A stretch of 43,278 nt of DNA, taken from NCBI RefSeq assembly GCF_001194135.2, contig NC_069001.1, positions 24,821,982-24,865,259 on the forward strand, read 5' to 3'. The translations under genes were made by a program, and so were the position numbers. Under the pieces are notes generated by a model. The model worked only from the letters and a program-made list of their open reading frames with translations, ran no database searches and was not told the DNA's origin. This document shows, one piece after another, positions 11,658 through 24,080 of this stretch (position 1 is its first letter; each line of letters opens with the position of its first letter). The DNA is from Octopus bimaculoides (taxonomy: Eukaryota).

Positions 11658-11875
11658 ATTCTTTTATTGTTTTACTTGTCTTGGTCATATGTCTGCGGCC
11701 ATGTTGCAGTACTGCCTTTAGTCGAACAAATCGATCCCATGACTTATTCTTAGTAAGCCTAGAACTTATTCTATCGGTCTCTCTTGCAGAACCGCTAAGT
11801 TACAGGTACGTTAACACACAAACATCGGTTGTCAAGCGATGGTGGGGACAAACACAGACACACAAACACACACAT
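11658..11875 (-). mobile_element. SINE family A, 3' half
   Basis: Reverse complement colinear with 1260-1464; ends in a (CA)/(TA) array. Confidence 0.85.
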
Positions 11876-11878
11876 ATA

Positions 11879-11914
<36 letters not shown>

Positions 11915-12181
11915 TATATGTGTGTATATATATGGGAAAATTTACGAAAAAACAACAACAGACGAGGACAGTTGGTGTAAACAACAAGAGGATGCATTAG
12001 TTTAAGGCTCGGGAATAGAGAAATTTTNNNNNNNNNNNNNNNNNNNNNNNNNNNNNNNNNNNNNNNNNNNNNNNNNNNNNNNNNNNNNNNNNNNNNNNNN
12101 NNNNNNNNNNNNNNNNNNNNNNNNNNNNNNNNNNNNNNNNNNNNNNNNNNNNNNNNNNNNNNNNNNNNNNNNNNNNNNNNN

Positions 12182-12280
12182 TTCTTCTTCTTCTTCTTCT
12201 TCTTCTTCTTCTTCTTCTTCTTCTTCTTCTTCTTCTTCTTCTTCTTCTTCTTCTTCTTCTTCTTCTTCTTCTTCTTCTTC
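12182..12280. repeat. (TTC)n microsatellite, about 33 units, gap-adjacent
   Basis: Directly visible; followed by (ATAC)n. Confidence 0.97.
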
Positions 12281-13098
12281 GATACATACATACATACATA
12301 CATACATACATACAATGCATACTCATACACTCATATGTAACTTATTACATGTGGTAGGTATTATCTTCTCCCATTTATCAAGAAAATAGAAGTGTATTCG
12401 AGTCTACTTTGGCTTTTCTTTCTAGCAGATTAACTTACAATGTTAGAAAACACTCTCATTGGCTGATATAAGTCACGTTATTTCCCGTGATGATTTTACT
12501 TCAATATACTCCACTCTACAAACTTCTGGCATTATACCAACATAAGAGTTTCAATAATAACAATAAATGCAACAACAATAGAATTATCATTATTATTATT
12601 GCTGCTACTGCTGCTTCTACTATTACTAACACGATTGTTACGAAGCTGACTTCAACAACACAAGTGTCGGCTGCAAGTTTCAAATTTATAATCCATTCTT
12701 AATTCACAGCTAAATGGTTTCTGCTAGGAAGAGCAGTCAGATGTAAAACTAATTCCTCCAACAAAAGCCAAACCTATTCATGCTACCATGGAAGATGGAT
12801 GGAAAGCTAAATTAAATAAGTTTCAAGCACCGTGGAGCTTGAAGACGAAAGTGATGGTAGAGATGTGGCAAGGAGCTGCGTTCCTGTAAATTTTATAAAA
12901 TATGGGTGATAGTGAAGAAATTGACTTAGCACAGCCATGAGGTCGTAGGTCAAAAACAAGAATATGGGGTTGAATACGGAATTTTCCGTTTAGCTCATAT
13001 CTAGTTATTCTTCGTGTAGGGTTTTTATTGTTGTTATTGGGCTATTCTGTTAATGATCTGTTGTGTATATAGTTTATTAATATTCATATATTGTTATT

Positions 13099-13322
13099 AA
13101 CGCAGAGAACTAGCAGAATCATTAACACGGCGGACAAAATAAATGTTTAGTGGCATTTCGTCCGTCTTCACACAATCTGATTTTAAATTCTGTGGGAGTC
13201 AGATTTGCCTTTTATCCTTACAGGGACGATAAAATAAGTACCAGTTGATCACTGGGGACGATGTAATTGACTTAAACCATCCCGGAAATAACTGGCCTTA
13301 TGCCTTATCATCATCATCATCA

Positions 13323-13375
<53 letters not shown>

Positions 13376-13390
13376 GTTGTTGTTATTATT
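13099..13390 (+). mobile_element. SINE family B with (ATC)/(ATT)n tail
   Basis: GCAGAATCATTAACACG head, TTTGCCTTTTATCCTTACAGGGACGATAAAATAAGTACCAG core, GGCCTTATGCC end, tail array about 13306-13390. Confidence 0.8.
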
Positions 13391-13400
13391 AATATTTTCT

Positions 13401-13622
13401 AAGGTGGCGAGCTATCAGAATCCTTAACGTGCTGGAGGAAATTCTTATCTGTATTTCTCCCGTCGCTACCTTCTAAGTTCAAATTCCGTTGAGGTCGACT
13501 TTACCTATCATTCTTTCGGGTTTGATAAATTAAGTACCAGTAAAATACTAGGGTTGGTGTAATCGATTCATCTCCTCCCCCAAAATGGCTGCCTGTGTAG
13601 CAAAATTTAAAACCATCATTAT
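13401..13622 (+). mobile_element. SINE family B
   Basis: AAGGTGGCGAGCTATCAGAATC head, AAGTTCAAATTCC B-box, GAGGTCGACTTTACCTATCATTC core, AAAATTTAAAACCATCATTATT end. Confidence 0.85.
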
Positions 13623-13626
13623 TTCT

Positions 13627-13825
13627 TAAGGCAGCGAGCTGACACAAACGTTGGCACACGGGTAATATTGCTTAGCGGCACTTCCTCCGTCTTTTCCTCC
13701 TGAATTCGAATTCCGCCGGAGTCGACTTTGCCTTTACTCTCTTCGGGGTTTAATAAAGTAAGTACCAATTGTGTACTATCCTCCTTCCCCTTAATTTTAA
13801 GACTTGTACCTATAGTAGAAATTAC
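13627..13825 (+). mobile_element. SINE family B
   Basis: AAGGCAGCGAGCTGACA head, GAATTCGAATTCCGCCGGAGTCGACTTTGCCTTT core, CTTGTACCTATAGTAGAAATT end. Confidence 0.8.
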
Positions 13826-13884
13826 TATTATTGTTGTGGTTGCATTTTTATTGCTATTTCGATGTTGCATGTTATTGTCCTTGT

Positions 13885-16305
13885 AATTCCTCGTCCTAAA
13901 ATACTCCAAATCGTGATCTACGATGGTCGGCTAGTTTTAATCCTTCAACAATAAAAGTCCCTTTATATTGGTTTTATCTGTCCACTCATTTTATTTAGAA
14001 CTTTCTAGATTATTCCTGCTGAACCATGGAAACGCTTTTCTGCACATCAATCACTTGCAGATTAAGATCTATTTTTCGAACGTTTACTCTCAAATTATTT
14101 ATCACCGTTCCTAAGTCTGTAACGAAAATTGGCAGAATCATAACTTCCTTATTTCTATGTTCTTGCATTAGGTACTTCTACATATAAAGTCACTGTAATA
14201 CACCTTAATTAAATGGACCAACCCACTGATTTATCATAAACACTTCGTTTCAACGACTCCATTATTCATAGGGTTGTGCTCTATTCTCAAATCGCTCCAC
14301 ATGGGAAAGTCCCAGAACAATTCACTTCATCATATTTGACTAATTAAATTTCCGCTTCCATAAGATGATTATCGCATTATCCTGTGGTGTTAAAACCAAA
14401 CCTCTAGTTATACATCCAATGACTTACGGCAGCCATATTACATGGCTTATATTTCTGATTTTATTTTTAATTAACTATGGGTGATCTCATGCTGTGTGAG
14501 CTACAGTGTTGTTGAATCATCGTACATTCTACATTTGGGTGAATAATTCTGCTAATATATATTTCTATTGATCCAGCGTTTGCTTATGTTCTGTCCATTT
14601 ACTGCAAAAATAATCATTCTACCGATATCTTTCGTAAGTACTCTTTAAGTGGACCTAGATATTTTTGGCACCTTTTGTCTCGCTTGATTTTTGAGAAGCG
14701 TAAACTGAATGGAGTTAGATATCCTTTAGCCATTCACTTCATTTTCCCCCCATATATTTTATCATTTTCTTTTTGGGCTATTCTAAAGTCTTTAAATATC
14801 ATTTCATTCATCATTTTCTTTAGAAAAAAATTCTTTTGCTTCGAGGTAGAATCTTAGACTTGTTTTCCCTAGATCTCCCATCTCTTCCTATACATTAACC
14901 ATTCCTATTATTTTCCAACATCATATACAGTATTATATACGGTCTATGTCTAATTAGCGGTGCATCCTTTTGTCAATTGTGAATTTCTTCTTCGTCTTTC
15001 TCTCGGTAGCCTTCATTCCATCCTTCTCAAACCTATGATTCCTTTTGCCTCAGTAGCATATTAGAGACACAAATCTTTAGTCAATTGCTTGCATGTTATT
15101 TCCTCACTCAATTTGGATTCTAGAATCTTCTGCATGCTAATGATCTTTACTGAGAACTTAATTTATTTTTATCCATTTAATATTTTATTATTGCCTCTGC
15201 GAGGAAGATCCATTCCTGTAATTTATATAATTTCTCCACCTCCCCTCTCTCTCTCTCCATCGCACTATATTCCAGGTTAGTGAAAATTCTTGCAAGAAGC
15301 GTTTAATTATTCTTGTGGTTTGCACTAAGTAATTGCTGCTCATTATTATTTTTTCATCTTTAAACAGTTGATTAACTTTTCCCCTTATTCTTTCGCAGGG
15401 AAAGTTATTTCTTAGCTCTGCTGAGTATAATCACCCAAAGGGAACAACCTTGATAAGACAAGACGAAGAGAAGTTGTTTCTTAGCAAGATTTTTAATACA
15501 TATCTCTGCTCCATATGCTTAATTCTGCTCTTCCAAGGCGCATCGCAATAACTAACAAACATCTAACCTTTTTCGTGATCGTGAACAAGTTTTAACAATG
15601 CTTGGTTTCAATACGCGGGACTTTGTAATTTGCAGCTCTATAATTAGTACGCACAATGCATAAATATTTTATACACCTCTATAATTCCTCAATACCAATT
15701 TATCGAGATCATTAACTGGATTTTATTTTCATTTTTCTTTTTTCTTCCGAGTCCTTTCTGTCAATCAATCAATACATTGGAGGTTTCCCATACAAATGGT
15801 GATATACGTCTGTTGCAATTATACAGGTTAGAAGTTACCGCATATGTAGTAGATACGTAATTTGAAATAATGTTTCTTTTTAATTTCACTTTAAATATCA
15901 GTTAAGTCATTCATGTTGTTAACTACAGAGGTACTCACTTTCGACAGGCACTCATTTAGCTCTATCACTATGCTTTCATGGAAACTTGTAAATGATTTAC
16001 CCATTAAAATCAAGATGAGCTCCAGCAGTTTTCCTATTTCGCACCTATTCCAATTGCTTTCTAATATTAGTTTTCGTGATGGTAAAATCCTTCTGCACAT
16101 CAACATTTTTAGAGCAAATTTCCAATTGCCTTATCCACTGTGCTTTATTAATGTACTTGGCAAATTTTCCTAGATTTCTACTCAAAATAGTTTGCTTTCT
16201 ACCGTATTCGATCTTATCATTTCTCTCATTTCCCTGAAGAATATCAAATAAACGTTTCTGGTTTGATTGAAAAAAAGAGTTAAAATTGATATTTTCGATC
16301 AAAAC
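13885..16305 (-). mobile_element. R4/Dong-clade (RLE) non-LTR retrotransposon, 5'-truncated and heavily decayed, about 2.4 kb
   Basis: Minus-strand motifs in the correct order: FFQSNQKRLF; NKAQWI...ITKTNIRKQL; YQGCSL (FQGDSL); KVNQLFKDEK (KINHLLFMDDLK); QKILESKL; ERKTKKKFT...DIDRI; KCRM...YK...HW zinc knuckle; FWDFPMWSDLRIEHN (LWDFxIQTD...HNRPD endonuclease); VQKSV...RKVL. Confidence 0.8.
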
Positions 16306-16312
16306 AGCAACC

Positions 16313-16313
<1 letters not shown>

Positions 16314-16362
<49 letters not shown>

Positions 16363-16424
16363 CATTATTATTATTATTATTATTACTATTATTATTATCA
16401 TCATCATTATTATTATCATCATCA

Positions 16425-16468
<44 letters not shown>

Positions 16469-16655
16469 ATCATCATCATCATCATTATTNNNNNNNNNNN
16501 NNNNNNNNNNNNNNNNNNNNNNNNNNNNNNNNNNNNNNNNNNNNNNNNNNNNNNNNNNNNNNNNNNNNNNNNNNNNNNNNNNNNNNNNNNNNNNNNNNNN
16601 NNNNNNNNNTGTTGTTGTTGTTCTTCTTCTTCTTCTTCTTCTTCTTCTTCTTCTT

Positions 16656-16726
<71 letters not shown>
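16314..16726. repeat. Compound (ATT)/(ATC)-gap-(GTT)(CTT)(ATT) triplet array
   Basis: Directly visible; contains gap 16490-16609. Confidence 0.95.
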
Positions 16727-17810
16727 ATACTACTACATGTCAAATTAGCTAGAAAAGATGCTACCCTGAAGCTGTATGACAATATGTTTCCTCAAACACC
16801 AAGACGCTTTATTTTTTTAGTTTTGCAGAACATAGAATAGTATAGTTTTGCAAGTCGACTTCACGTATCTTAATTTCAATATTCATCAAACCCTTATGTA
16901 CAAGATTGGCTAGTTTGATGTGGGCTCCAAATACCACGGGAACAATTTTTACTATCGTGTTGCAGAATCATTTCATCTCTCAAGGTCATCATACTTTTCA
17001 AATTTCTCAGTTTCCTTGATATCTCCTTTGCTATCATACGTTAAAGTAAAAGTAATTATCTTAAATAGTTTCTTCTTTTTTGCTCTGCACGATTACAGCA
17101 CTGGGCATTGGGAAAATTTTACTATGAGACTTTAAGGGGAAAATCACAAAAAGTCCTATATATTTATCATTTACAATGTCAAATTTTGGATCATGTTCTT
17201 AATACATTTCCATCACAAATTTGCCAAATACTGCAATGAACTCTTTTATCTCCAGGGTCATGTCTGCGTTTATACTGTTTTTGCGCTAGCCATTTGCTCT
17301 CGCTTAGTAGGTGGCTAATATTTTTACCCTTTTTTCCACACATTCAGCAATTGCTGTTAGACTTGGTATTAGCAAAATCTGCTTCCACCATATTTGTTCT
17401 AATGAACTATAATTAATGCTTCAGGCTCTCTATTTCAGTGTCCTTCGTTCTAAATGGCTCGGCTAAATGCATGAATTAGCAACGTAGCTCTTTCTTTTTC
17501 AGCTATATGTAGTGCATTTCCTCTTAAAATTCTTGAAATCTTTCAATATATCACTGGTCGTCTGCTGTTGTTGGAGTGTACCGTAGACCTATACTTTTCA
17601 TAGATTTCGGATCAGACATTGATTTATTCCGTAAAAATTTTCTCATCAACAAAGGGTTTCGGAATACTATGTAGAGGGGTGAAATAGAAGGTTTCTCTTC
17701 ACTTGCTTGATAGTAAAATGCAATTTTGGTCAAATTTTAATCGATAGTTTTTTGCCGCATTGTCTACACTTTGATTTCTATTCTCTTTTACTCTGTGATA
17801 TCGGTAGAAT
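16727..17810 (-). mobile_element. R4/Dong-clade LINE 3' portion (zinc knuckle plus RLE endonuclease)
   Basis: Minus strand: TEIESL...IRTNMV; C*MCGKKGKNISHLLSESKWLAQKQYKRRHD; CDFPL; KKKK...KETEKFEKYDDLER; IVPVVFGA. Terminates in (AAT)n at 16686-16726. Confidence 0.85.
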
Positions 17811-18353
17811 AAGTAATTATCAAATATCAAGGGTATATAGTGAGAACCTTTTGCTTTATGTGGTCATATAGCGCCAAAGTCATTGCTGCGTTTCATCTAT
17901 CCTGTTACAAAAAGAGAACAATAACACAAAAAATAAAAAATAAAACAAAGTACTCGCCAAGTACTAAAATATTGCATATTCATATAATGTATGTTTTGTA
18001 TGAATGGTATTATAAAACAGACTATGGTTGGGTCGTCACATAAATTTGTGACATTGATCGGAATTTTTATAAAGATTGCCATACAAAGTTTATAAAGGTG
18101 CTTTGCTTTGCAATGAAGATGCTGCAGTTGCGATTGTTGGGGTTTGGATTAGATTTCTAAGTAGTGTGGTATCATTTATCAAAGCACATTATTTCTAGAC
18201 GATCTAGTTTACTTTACTGAAATGAGTATTGGCAGTAGTTGGGAATTTACTTTGGGTAGATTACCCTCCTTCCAAGGGTAAGTTTTGTTCTCTCAGTTTG
18301 TATTATTCCAGGCCAAACGCCAGCTTAATGAGACTGTAATTTCGAGGCTGACT

Positions 18354-18566
18354 TTAACACTTTAGGGTGTCGAACATAATGCTTATTTATTTCCTTTCTT
18401 TTGAATTAGTCATGTATTATTTTGTAGCTTTTAGATTTTGATGATGTGTTAGTTTATTTTTAGAATAACATTACGGGGTAAGTGTGAGAGGACGGATCTG
18501 GCCATTTTGAACATGAAAGAGTAGACTATTTGAGCCAGATATGGCCAGTTTAAATGTAAAGGTCAA
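18354..18566. mobile_element. Short MITE with degenerate TTAA-CCCTTTAG-like ends (piggyBac-like)
   Basis: Left end TTAACACTTTAG; right end reverse complement TTGACCTTTACATTT. The internal sequence resembles a cephalopod MITE I recall; not verified by search. Confidence 0.45.
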
Positions 18567-21095
18567 ACTTTTTCTATAAGGAGGAATGGATCGGGAAAGA
18601 CAGATTGTAATGTGTCGTTCAAAGTAGCTTGAAATATGAATTACAGAACTTGCTTTCTGAATTTAAATACCAAGAGCCAACTTTGCTTTTCATCTAAGAG
18701 GCTGAAGAAAATAAACCAAGAATCAAAGACACACAACAGTTTATTAAAATGACTCTTCTCTCGAAGTGTGTGATTTCATGCATCTGTGATAAATGAATAT
18801 GAATGTTATAAAGTTCTGCATGAAATGAATGTCAAAAATTTGACAAATTCTCAGTGTAACATTTTGCTGCACCTTATATTCTGAATCAAAATGTCGCAAA
18901 TCTTTACGTTTCACAATAGTGGTCTACATAACAGTAGAATAAAAATGCTTATTGAATTAGCCGTGTAATCTAGCAAAATTTATGGTCTTGAACGAATATA
19001 GAAAGTTCATACAGTTGTTGCTATTGCTTAGTTCAAGATCATTTCTAGTAGACATAACATAGAGATTAACGATTCTAAACGTTCGAACAATATTTTAGCA
19101 GTAGCTCCATATATATCGTTTGTCATTTTATAATGCTGTATCTAACTTGTTCAAGACGTGATTACCATTTTCTTTTTGAGAAATAGAGATTGTGACTTGA
19201 ATGACACTTGGTTGCTATTTTCAGCAGACTAAGCATTGAGTAGAGGACACTTTGTTAGACCTGTGATGTAGGAGAAGAAACGCTAGAACCCTGGGCTAAA
19301 GACGTTTCAGCATTTCAGCATTGTTGATGTTAAGTCTTAATTCATTTCAAATCAGCCTGAACTCTGAATAAACATCCTATTTATTATCATCATACGTTTT
19401 TAGAGCCATCTAGTGTTATATTGTTTAATACGTCATTTTTTAAAAGCTGGTATGGTGTGATATTACAAAGACTTGTGTTCGGAATATCGATGTTCTCTGA
19501 TCTGGGCATCTGTATCCTAGTAAAAGTACATGAGTAATTCCTCACCAAGAGGTTAAAATAAATTCATACCAGTTATATAATGGTATGAATTCAATTGACT
19601 AAAATATCCTCCTCCTGTTTCACAAATTTCTGGCCTCGTACCGATGTGACAAGAAACAATTATTATGATGGTTATTAAGGCATATGGAGTGATTAGTATC
19701 ACACCAAAGCAAAAGAGAAAAGTGAATAAAAATGAATAAAAGTAAAAATAAAAAGCAACCAACTGTAAAATAAAAAAAAAAACTGTTGCTGCAACACAAG
19801 CGACATCAATCAAGCTAGGAGAAAAAAATTAATGCAAATCAAAAAAGAAAATCGACAAAAAAATGAAAATGAAATTTAAACAGTAAAAAAATTAATGCAA
19901 TAGAGAAAGAAGGTAAATAAAACAAATATAAACACTTTCTCTTAGGTGTGATGCTTTTGATTTTTAAAAATCTAATAGTGTCAATAATCAAACATTTTTT
20001 TGGTTTAGTTATTTTCTTTCTTTTAATTTTCAATACTCTAGTTTTTGTTTTGTTTTTTGCGGGGTTTTTGCATTGTATTTTCTCTTCATTTTGAAATTAA
20101 TGATATCTCAACTCTCCATTCACTTCCCAAACTGATTTCATATTAGCATGAGGGATTCCTGATTTCCAGATTACAAGTTCGTTAAAATTTTAAACCATTC
20201 TGATACAACATTCCTGTTTGAACAACAGAAATTCCGGGATCAAACAACCAGATTTGAACAATTTTTATCCTTGTTGTTTTTTTTCTCCCGCTCAATCACT
20301 GCGATGAAGGAAAGAGGAAATATTTAAGAATTAATCAAATTTTGTTGTTATTGTTTTTGTTATGGAAGTTTACTTAAACAATTCCCACAGTAAAAAATAA
20401 ATACAAATTTGTATAAAAACCAAAAGTAAAAAAAAAAATAGCTATCAAAACACATCTTGGAGCTGTTAAATCAATAATTCCGCTTCAAACGAAAGAAAAT
20501 CTCCTAAATTATTTAATAGAAGGCGGGGTAAAAATGTCCGTATTACTAAAGTGTAGAAAAAATAGTTATAAGTGCCTTTATGCTTAGGGACAGAATTGGC
20601 TGATAGAGGCAAGTTGCTCTTTTGGATTCAAAAGTATCACAGCACCCTAATAATATAAAGAAGTTTTTACCATAATTTAAGCGCGGAACAAGCATGGTTT
20701 GGATTAGTAAAATATATTTTCTAGATGCCTTCATCTAGCAAATATTTTAAGTTTTTACATTGTGTTGGAATAGTCATCGAACTTGACTTAATTTTCATAA
20801 TCTCATTATAACTGAAAAAAAAAAAAAGAGATGATCATGGTTGGAAAATCTTTTGATCGTAAGTTTGTTTGATCAGATCTGAAGTGTGGCTATGCAGCAA
20901 CAGCAGCAGTAGCAGCACAAGCAGTAGAAGCAGCAGTAACAGCAATTAGTTTGTTAGTTTACGAGTCTCCGATGAAAGGTGGGATTGTTGGAGAAAATAG
21001 AGAAAATTTATTCGTCAGAATTGCAGAACAAGTGATTTCGCTTCTTAAGGAATATAGCATTGAATATAACACTAAAAATAACAAACAACAACGGC

Positions 21096-21178
<83 letters not shown>

Positions 21179-21207
21179 TGATGATGATGATGATGATGAT
21201 AATGATC

Positions 21208-21262
<55 letters not shown>

Positions 21263-21268
21263 TAATAA
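21096..21268. repeat. (AAT)/(GAT) microsatellite, tail of the minus-strand SINE-B
   Basis: Directly visible; abuts the 3' end of the SINE at 21270. Confidence 0.95.
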
Positions 21269-21269
21269 T

Positions 21270-21762
<493 letters not shown>

Positions 21763-21767
21763 AATAA

Positions 21768-22825
21768 TTGAACCAAGAAACGAAAAACGTCAATGAAATT
21801 CTGAAATACATCAGAACAAACACCATCACAGTAACAAATAATTTGATCAAGGCAGCAGGTATTGTTGTAGCAGAAAACGTGGGTGTTGCTGTCAAGAAAA
21901 ATAAACATAATGGGAGTAACAAAAGAAAAGATCCATGGTGGAAAAGAAGAATCCAGGCAGGGTTAGACATGCTCTCGAAGGGAATCTTTGTGCTAGACCG
22001 AAAAGAGAAAGGGGAGATCTGCAAAAGCTACCTTTATCAAAGAACAAAATGACAGAAATAGCCAATGTTAATCTCGACCAGCAGAATGTCATAAAGGAAT
22101 TAGAACCAGCGGAGAGCTACAAATACCTAGGGGTATTTGAATAGGAACGAATCTATCATGCAAGGGTGAGAGAGAGAGGATCAGAAAAGAATGTTATCGC
22201 AGAGTAAGAGCTATACTCAAGACAGAGCGACGTGTAAGAAACAGGAACGAAGCAATCAGTACTTTAGCCATACGAGTCATGATTTACAGGTTCAACAGCA
22301 TTAACTGGTTAATTACTGAAATATGTAATCGTGACAAAAAAATACGAAAATTGTTGACAATGCATAGAATGCCCCAGCCTAAAGCAAATATAGAACGACT
22401 TATCTACCAGGAAAAGAGAGAGGCTGTGGAATTTTCCAACCGGAATTAACAATGAAGATTTTCAGAATTGGCCTAAACATCTATGTGAAAAACTCTGATG
22501 ATTGGATGTAAAAACTTGTCTCAAAGCATGAAAACAAGAAAGCATCATACTGAGTAACAAGACAGGCAAAGGAATAGCTAAGTGAATTCCAAATACAACA
22601 AATTCCGGAATTAGACGTATTGGAAACATGCCCAGAAAAGCTAATCGTGTGAAAACACGTGCTAGAACTGCTGCCTTAGATATTCTTACTGATAAATGGC
22701 AAGAAAAACCTCTCAATAGCAAATATACAAATAGAGCTAATAGCACCGATGTCGACAAAGCCATTACCCATCAATGGTTAGTGGTTTCTGGCTTAAAATG
22801 AGAAACAGAAGGATTTATCATATCA
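21768..22825 (+). mobile_element. R4/Dong-clade LINE, internally deleted remnant
   Basis: TNNLIKAAGIVVAE...KDPWWKRRI is fused to IKELEPAESYKYLG (late RT). Then CYRRVRAILKTE, KKIRKLLTMHRM...KANIERL, WQEKPL, ETEGFII follow, with stops and frameshifts. Confidence 0.9.
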
Positions 22826-22849
22826 AAGGTCTATGATTTTCAAGCTGCC

Positions 22850-24000
22850 CTACAACTGTTTTTCTTAACATTTCTGAAATGGATATGCATAATAGTAAAA
22901 CTTAGATCACATTCTAGACTTTCAAATAGTAAAATTTCATTTATGCTATGGTTTAGAACAATCCAGTTGCAAATCAACCAATCTATTCTTATGCCGTATT
23001 CACACACTTGCACTCATCAAAGATTCAGACATTGCCATTGCTTTATAAATTAGAGCATATGTTCTCAGCTAAGACAACTAAATTTGTATTGCATACCTTT
23101 AATCTAAGAAAATCAGTAACCTGCTGAAAGTAAAAATGGATATTCACTCAATTACAACAGTCTAAGTGGAATTCTATCAACAGTATTGCTGATCTTTCTT
23201 TCAAGAAATTGCTTAGATAATGTATTAGTTGATTGTACAGTAGTGATTAGTAACTCTACGTACATTTTCTGAATTGGTTTAAAGTCCCAGTGAGTTTTTA
23301 AAATATTATCAGCAACTGTACACTTTTATAAACTAGAACATAATACTTTCTTCTCCATTAATCTGCCATATTTGGGATTTGATGATTGATAATGCATCTT
23401 TTAATACTATGAAGAAATTCTGTTTTACGGATAAAATTAAACTCACAATAAAATGACTTTAAAATCGTAACTATTGAATTGAGACTCCACAACGTATCTT
23501 AAATAGTAAATATACGGTTTTCTGTCTTCTTTCTTTAGAGAAGTAAAGAATCTCAAACATTTTGTGTTTCCAGATATTTTGCATTACAACATTTCTAACA
23601 CATTTCATCTATCATTTTCATTTTGGTTCAAAGTCGTTAGAAAACACATTCATCATAAAGTTGATTGTCACCCGCAACAACATTATATTTCCATCAACAG
23701 CAATTCTTTTCGTCATCATTTCATCAATTCTACATCAGAGTAGCTACGCAATAGTGACTTGTAAATTTAAAATATAGCTTACAGTATGTCTGAACATTAA
23801 TACATTTATTCAATTGTTTAAATTTAGACTTAATTATTTCAGGCCAATATATTATATTTAATCCATCCTATTGAGCCATCACTTTATGAAGCTTAATTAA
23901 GTATAGCTTGCTATAGTCAGCTTTACTACATGTTATTAATAACCTCTAATCGACCTGATTACATGCTCATATAACCAATAACGTGTCTTTGGTGTACTCT
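22850..24000 (-). mobile_element. Probable hAT (Charlie/Spin-like) transposase remnant
   Basis: Weak minus-strand motifs in plausible order: EHVI...VVKL, HKV-WLNR (VRWLSRG-like), SEYPFL...A, KFSCL, RHKNRL. Many stops. Confidence 0.35.
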
Positions 24001-24080
24001 CATTTAAGATTTCAACCATGTTCTTTCTTTATTGTTTTGAATTCGATGGTTAACAGTAGATGTCGGCTTCAATGTTAATG

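Noticed and set aside
11935-12027. Possible terminal segment of a Penelope-derived non-autonomous repeat (also 1645-1760)
   Set aside because: Only a vague recollection of similar repeats; both are cut by gaps and show no ribozyme core.
12715-12810. Possible fragment of a third SINE family
   Set aside because: Single degenerate copy with no second copy in the window to confirm it.
15377-15398. Strong plus-strand splice acceptors here and near 17490-17507 and 23520-23570
   Set aside because: They lie in the T-rich antisense strand of decayed transposons. This shows that good acceptors arise by chance here and is the reason all exon candidates are scored low.
20722-20830. Minus-strand T14-CAG acceptor followed by YNEIMKIKSSSMTIPTQCKNLKYLLDEGI*
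   Set aside because: The acceptor derives from a simple A-run, there is no good donor, and the peptide is unrecognisable.
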